Source: Candidatus Aenigmatarchaeota archaeon
GTDB lineage: Archaea; Aenigmatarchaeota; Aenigmatarchaeia; PWEA01
DNA: 32,000 nt
Assembly (NCBI GenBank): GCA_046539325.1
Contig: JBKHHD010000002.1
Span: forward strand, 30,426-62,425
Direction: 5' to 3'
Shown here: piece by piece, positions 25,481 to 32,000 of the stretch
How the letters are laid out: each line of letters opens with the position of its first letter
How positions within the stretch are numbered: the stretch's first letter is position 1
Program-made: the position numbers and the translations under genes
Notes under the pieces: model-generated
Seen by the model: only the letters and a program-made list of their open reading frames with translations
Database searches by the model: none
Told to the model about the DNA's origin: nothing

Positions 25481-26294
25481 AAATTAATTGCGACCTCGGA
25501 CCGAAAGGTTCGAGAAAACCCGGCTGTATGCTGGAAACTCCACTCATACCAGGCTGCCGGAATTGTCCTAAGCTTTTTATCAAAAGCACGGGCAATGTAA
25601 GGTAGAGAGGTCTGGTCGTTGTGGACAATCAGCAGGGAAGCTCACTACTCTGACCTGAAAAGGTGAGGTATAGCCCCTCAGAGACTGCACGCCGGCCCCT
25701 AACGGAGCTGATTGGATGTCACAAAGCTACCTCAAGGGAATACTTCACGATGCCACGGAAAGGAAGTACACCTACCGAATTTCACAAAAGAACAAAGATT
25801 TCATTGAAAAGCTGGCCGAAATGATTCGAGATCTGGGCAAAAAAGCCTGGATTTAAGAAGAAGGCAACCGAGGAATATACGTAGTGGAATTTAGTAAGAG
25901 TGGTCTCAAAAAGCAAGAAATCGAAACAAGACAAGAAAAAAGAGACTATATCCGTGGCTACTTCGACGCTGAAGGAAGCGTTCCAAGGAGTCCTGAAGTG
26001 CGACCTTACATTTACTTCGCACAACAGGACAAAAAAGACCTAAAGAAAGTGAAGAAATTCATTGAGGAGTTTTAAATTGAAACAGGCAAACTCCACAGAC
26101 CCAGTAAGGAGTCTGATCCAGATTACTGGAGATTTTACATCTCCACAAAGGATCACAAAAAATTTGCCAGAGAAATAGGCTCTTGGCATCCAAAGAAAAA
26201 TCAGCTGCTGAGGGAGATGAGACAGTCCACGCCTCGATGCGAGTCGGGGTGACACTTTCAAAGTGTCCGAACACCATTATGGTGTGAGCATGTG
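25481..26294 (+). mobile_element. 814-nt intron in the 16S rRNA gene (group-I-like; junction ambiguous by 2 nt because of a duplicated AA)
   Basis: P1-like pairing GUCGUAA (25476-25482)/UUGCGAC (25488-25494) with a U:G wobble at the splice site. Last intron nucleotide is G 26294. GAAA-capped hairpin at 25495-25514. R-like UCAGAGACUGCAC at 25678-25690 and S-like GAUGCGAGUCGG at 26236-26247. Two P9-like hairpins at 26251-26285. Confidence 0.7.
25716..26252 (+). pseudogene. Double-motif LAGLIDADG homing endonuclease ORF with two in-frame TAA stops
   Basis: One frame reads MSQSYLKGILHDAT...KKAWI*EEGNRGIYVVEF...YIRGYFDAEGSV...KKFIEEF*IETGKL...WRFYISTKDHKKFAREIGSWHPKKNQLL. Stops are at 25854-25856 and 26073-26075, with no frameshift. 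Confidence 0.75.
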
Positions 26295-26335
<41 letters not shown>

Positions 26336-26404
26336 AATTCATACCAACTACAGGCTAAAATTTCGGGTTTCCTAAAGAACATACGGGCCCGTGGTCTAAT
26401 GGCA

Positions 26405-26441
26405 ATGCAGAACCGTGTTCCGATTTACGGTTTGCACCGGA
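26405..26441 (+). other. 37-nt insertion in the D-loop of tRNA-Ala (putative intron; junction ambiguous within duplicated AATG)
   Basis: Removing it gives the D-arm GTCT-AATGGCAA-TGAC. The insert folds as TGCA-G-AACCGT(G)..(T)ACGGTT-TGCA. Confidence 0.6.
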
Positions 26442-26480
26442 ATGACGTCGCCCTTGCAAGGCGAAGACTGTGGGTTCAAA

Positions 26481-26576
26481 AGAGACCACTTTGGAATGAA
26501 AACACTTTACTGAAAACGGAGTTTTCGTAAAGATCCAAGCTTCGTTTGAAATATTTTCCAAAGGGTTTTCTGGAAT
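26481..26576 (+). other. 96-nt insertion in the T-loop of tRNA-Ala (putative intron)
   Basis: Removing it restores GTGGG-TTCAAAT-CCCAC. Internal helices are CTTTGGAA (26489-96)/TTCCAAAG (26556-63) and a 12-bp hairpin at 26505-26532. Confidence 0.6.
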
Positions 26577-26616
26577 TCCCACCGGGTCCACCAGTACTGT
26601 TCGCGATTTTAGAAAG

Positions 26617-26625
26617 TTTTAAATA
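26617..26625 (+). promoter_or_regulatory. TATA-like box between tRNA-Ala and 23S (possible internal promoter)
   Basis: GAAAGTTTTAAATAAC. Similar in form to the other stable-RNA TATA boxes in this window. Confidence 0.3.
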
Positions 26626-26960
26626 ACTTCACTGTTACAGGACTTTTGAACCTGATACAGGCCTGATAAGATGACTGGAAAGTAAGACTTGAAGGATTAG
26701 TTGCTTACTTCAGTCTGTTCTTTTTCGTTTTGTTGTATAGTTTTAATGTGCAGCTCTCTACCGCAGGTAGAGGGTGAAGAGTGATAAGGGACGATGAATT
26801 GAGTTTTGTGAACACCCTTTGATCCCGAGAGGGAGATGATAGTAAGACGATCACAAGAGTCCCTTGGATGAGCTGTTATACGTCAAGTCTTGGAAACTTA
26901 TGTTTCCAGTTTGAAATCCGAGAGGATTTCAAGACCCACCAGCCAACTAGGCTGGAATGG

Positions 26961-29929
<2,969 letters not shown>

Positions 29930-30033
29930 GCATTCCAGCCTGGGCTAAAGGTGGATCTTGAAATCAAGGAACACAAACTTAGAAACAGAGGTTTCCAAGA
30001 CTTGGCGTATAGCAGCTGAAGCTCTTTTCTCAT

Positions 30034-30045
30034 AAGATTTAAATT
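30034..30045 (+). promoter_or_regulatory. RNase P RNA promoter TATA box
   Basis: AAGATTTAAATT ends 23 nt before the first base of the P1 helix (30068). Confidence 0.5.
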
Positions 30046-30067
30046 GTTAGAATCAAATGTTCCTACT

Positions 30068-30523
30068 GTGGTGAGCTGGAGAGGGACCACCGGGATAGTT
30101 TGGATGAGGTTGTTTTCCTTCACAGGAAACACCCTTGTATTCCCGGAGGAAGCTCCTCCCACCCGTTGTGCTGTAAAAGTGCAACGAGGCCCAGGCTCGC
30201 AAGAGTCCGTCCTGAGAGGGAACGGAACAGGGAACAGAAACGATACCCCCGCGCTGGAGCGTTGAAAGCTGAGAAGGCACGGAGGGATGGAACGTACCCT
30301 GATCTGGGTGGTGCAAGACCAAATAGGCTCCGGGAAATGGATGTGCCTTGCACGTCGGTCTCTTGGAGCGGGTAGGTCGCTATTTGGAGTCCGTGAGGGC
30401 TTCAAACTTGGAAGCATCTGCTTCCGAGAAGATGAATGTCCCGAAGACCTGACATGGACGCGGACTTCGTCCACGTCGTTTTTGGGTCCGAACAGAAGGA
30501 GGGCTACTCCCAGCACACCACAC
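30068..30523 (+). ncRNA. rnpB: RNase P RNA (archaeal type-A-like)
   Basis: P1/P2 pairs GTGGTGAGCTGGAGAG (30068-) with CTCCCAGCACACCAC (-30521). CR-I GGAGGAAGCTCCTCCCAC. P4 is AGC[U]CCUCC/GGAGGGCU with the conserved bulged U. GCAAGACCAAATAGG and GGGTAGGTCGC blocks are present. CR-IV AGATGAATG. CR-V ACAGAAGGAGGGCTAC. Confidence 0.9.
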
Positions 30524-30554
30524 TATTTTCTCGCTTGGATTTTAGGCACTACAG
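30521..30554 (+). repeat. Direct repeat copy 1 (overlaps the RNase P RNA 3' end)
   Basis: CACTATTTTCTCGCTTGGATTTTAGGCACTACAG. Confidence 0.8.
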
Positions 30555-30755
30555 AACTTTACGCTTTATTCTTCTGTAATATCTGAGGAACAAACCTATA
30601 ATAATCGAAAAGGCAGTAAATATCAGAAAGTAATAAGGTGGAAACAGCTCTTCGGGTGGGGCTGTTGGAGCTGGTCTTGTTTCGAGACCCAAAGTAAGTT
30701 GAAATAAGAGAATAGTGACGAATATAGTTAACAAAATCAAGGCCTTTCTCTGCAT
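30549..30755 (-). CDS. Small hydrophobic protein (2 TM), possibly the tail of a disrupted larger gene
   Basis: 68-aa ORF. The same frame stays open and hydrophobic for 45 codons upstream with no start codon (see findings). Confidence 0.35.
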   Translation of the reverse strand: MQRKALILLTIFVTILLFQLTLGLETRPAPTAPPEELFPPYYFLIFTAFSIIIGLFLRYYRRIKRKVL

Positions 30756-31113
30756 CTTGTCGTAACCTGTAAATATAATATAAATTACTAAGACAAGACC
30801 AGCAAGTGGTAGTATGAGAGTAGAAGTAAAGCCGACAACAGGTCTAAGGGTTGAAGCTATGAAACCAAGTAAAAATAAAAAATCCGAAAACTAAGAAGGA
30901 TTTTCCGGCTTTCTCTGTAAAGTTTCTCATAATTATGTTTCAGTGTTTCTATTTAATTAATTTATTAAGGCACTACACTTCCTTAATCTCTATATTCCAC
31001 TCATCTTTAAGCTTACATACAGGTTATCTTCTGTCCTTCCACCCTCCTCAAATAAATACCTAAAATCTCATTGGTTGGTATTTCGCCGGCTTCACATGAC
31101 ACTCATAACCAGG

Positions 31114-31365
31114 TTATTCATTCATTCTAATTACTCTTTTTCTACTTGTTGAATACCTCTTGAACCCTGCATAGAGTAAGTTGGCAAGTCCCACTGTCCA
31201 CCATCCCAAGAATAGGAATATCAAGAAGTGTGCTAATCCACTGCCATAAGAATATCTCTCCATCACTACTTTATGGTGAGCATCGGTCTTCACTTTCCAA
31301 CCCTCTTCTATTAGGTCATTCTTCTTGTTTTCTAACTCCTCCTTTGAGTCAACAGTCAGAGCCAT
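31114..31365 (-). CDS. Small protein with N-terminal soluble domain and C-terminal TM hairpin, hypothetical
   Basis: Strong SD GGGGGAGGTGAT 6-7 nt upstream of the ATG, complementary to the 16S 3' end. TM region LAHFLIFLFLGWWTVGLANLLYAGF. Confidence 0.6.
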   Translation of the reverse strand: MALTVDSKEELENKKNDLIEEGWKVKTDAHHKVVMERYSYGSGLAHFLIFLFLGWWTVGLANLLYAGFKRYSTSRKRVIRMNE

Positions 31366-31622
31366 TTATCTATCACCTCCCCCTTGACTTATCTATCATA
31401 CTTGCATCTTTTACTAAAAAAGGTACTAAAGATATAAAAGATTAAGTTTCTTAAAATTCTTCTTCTGAACTAGGAAAGAACTAGAATATACGCCCAAACC
31501 AATACCCATAGAAGAATAAAGGATTTCAAGGACTACAACTTTTAAATAGATTCGTTTGTAAAACTATAGTGGAAGGTAACACAGGCCAGTGATCTAGGCG
31601 GTGAGGTACTTCCAGAAGATTG

Positions 31623-31656
31623 CACTATTTTCTTTCATGGATTTTAGGCACTACAG
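31623..31656 (+). repeat. Direct repeat copy 2
   Basis: CACTATTTTCTTTCATGGATTTTAGGCACTACAG. 30 of 34 positions are identical to copy 1, including a 19-nt exact core TGGATTTTAGGCACTACAG. Confidence 0.8.
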
Positions 31657-31722
31657 GTAGAGCTGCGGTGTTGTCTTCGGGTACCCAATGACTTAAGTAT
31701 CTGTCTTCTTCAATACAAATCC

Positions 31723-32000
31723 ATGGAAAGTGAGAAGGAGTACATCAAGCCCGATATTGTAACATCTTCTGTCAGGAATGTTGAGCCGCTTAAGGAGAAG
31801 GACAAGGTTCCAGTTCTGAAGAAGGATGGAAGTCCGGAGCCTGGAGACGTAGCCGTTGCGAAGGTTGTCGAGGAAGGCGGAAGCTACGACGAGGCAGAGC
31901 TGGAGGGCGGTGAAATGGTAAAGCTGGAAGAGGGTGATTTAATTGTGGGCGTCCTGGGCGTGAGAAAAGCTGTCCGTGGCTTTGCCTCAAGAATACCTGA
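31723..32000 (+). CDS. 5' part of a hypothetical protein (runs off the window end)
   Basis: ATG 31723 opens a frame with no stop to base 32000 (MESEKEYIKPDIVTSS...GDLIVGVLGVRKAVRGFASRIP). It is absent from the track because it has no stop. Its acidic composition resembles the rest of the window. Confidence 0.55.
   Translation, partial: MESEKEYIKPDIVTSSVRNVEPLKEKDKVPVLKKDGSPEPGDVAVAKVVEEGGSYDEAELEGGEMVKLEEGDLIVGVLGVRKAVRGFASRIP

Larger units (their letters stand above)
26385..26593 (+). tRNA. tRNA-Ala (anticodon TGC) with two insertions; CCA encoded; 76 nt after removing both
   Basis: Acceptor GGGCCCG (26385-91)/CGGGTCC (26583-89) with G3:U70. D-stem GTCT (26394-97)/TGAC (26443-46). Anticodon arm TCGCC-CTTGCAA-GGCGA (26448-64). 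T-stem GTGGG (26470-74)/CCCAC (26578-82) with TTCAAA..T loop halves. Discriminator A plus CCA (26590-93). Confidence 0.8.

Noticed and set aside
29930-30067. Search for a 5S rRNA gene directly after 23S (GGCGTATAGCAGC at about 30004 looked 5S-like at first)
   Set aside because: The sequence lacks the CCCGAAC / GAAGUUAAGC-type loop C/E blocks on either strand. The bases belong to the 23S processing stem and the rnpB promoter.
31790-31990. 66-aa minus-strand ORF at the window end
   Set aside because: It is a Pro/Arg-rich shadow of the plus-strand open frame 31723..32000, which has host-like acidic composition.

Overview
Archaeal chromosome segment. The evidence is archaeal-type 16S/23S rRNA, archaeal marker genes (Pth2, CarS, TruD/Pus7-type, SRP54), and TATA-like boxes 25-30 nt upstream of many start codons, which implies mostly leaderless mRNAs. 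Tight gene packing, generally acidic proteins and a hyperacidic S-layer-like protein suggest a compact-genome halophile, possibly Nanohaloarchaeota/DPANN-like; that lineage call is inference only. Bases 1-23680 hold about 32 closely packed CDS: an envelope/glycosylation cluster ending in the S-layer gene, truD, pth2, lipid head-group genes (carS, CDP-alcohol phosphatidyltransferase), a rubrerythrin/superoxide reductase/LigD-phosphoesterase trio, tRNA-Arg, a nuclease operon, srp54, a GTPase-DUF2073-Zn-ribbon triad and hisS. Bases 23680-30530 are a stable-RNA island and contain the most unusual content. It runs tRNA-His, then a 16S rRNA gene split by an 814-nt intron, then a tRNA-Ala(UGC) in the 16S-23S spacer, then 23S rRNA, then an RNase P RNA gene where a 5S gene would be expected. 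The 16S intron carries a decayed LAGLIDADG homing-endonuclease ORF and has group-I-like features (P1 with a U:G wobble, terminal G, R/S-like core). The tRNA-Ala only becomes visible once two non-canonical insertions (37 nt in the D-loop, 96 nt in the T-loop) are removed. The last 1.5 kb is an AT-rich segment bracketed by direct repeats that duplicate the RNase P RNA 3' end, which looks like the remnant of an integrated element, followed by a partial CDS. No CRISPR array, transposase or integrase was seen. All family names come from motif recognition by eye and need HMM/covariance-model confirmation.
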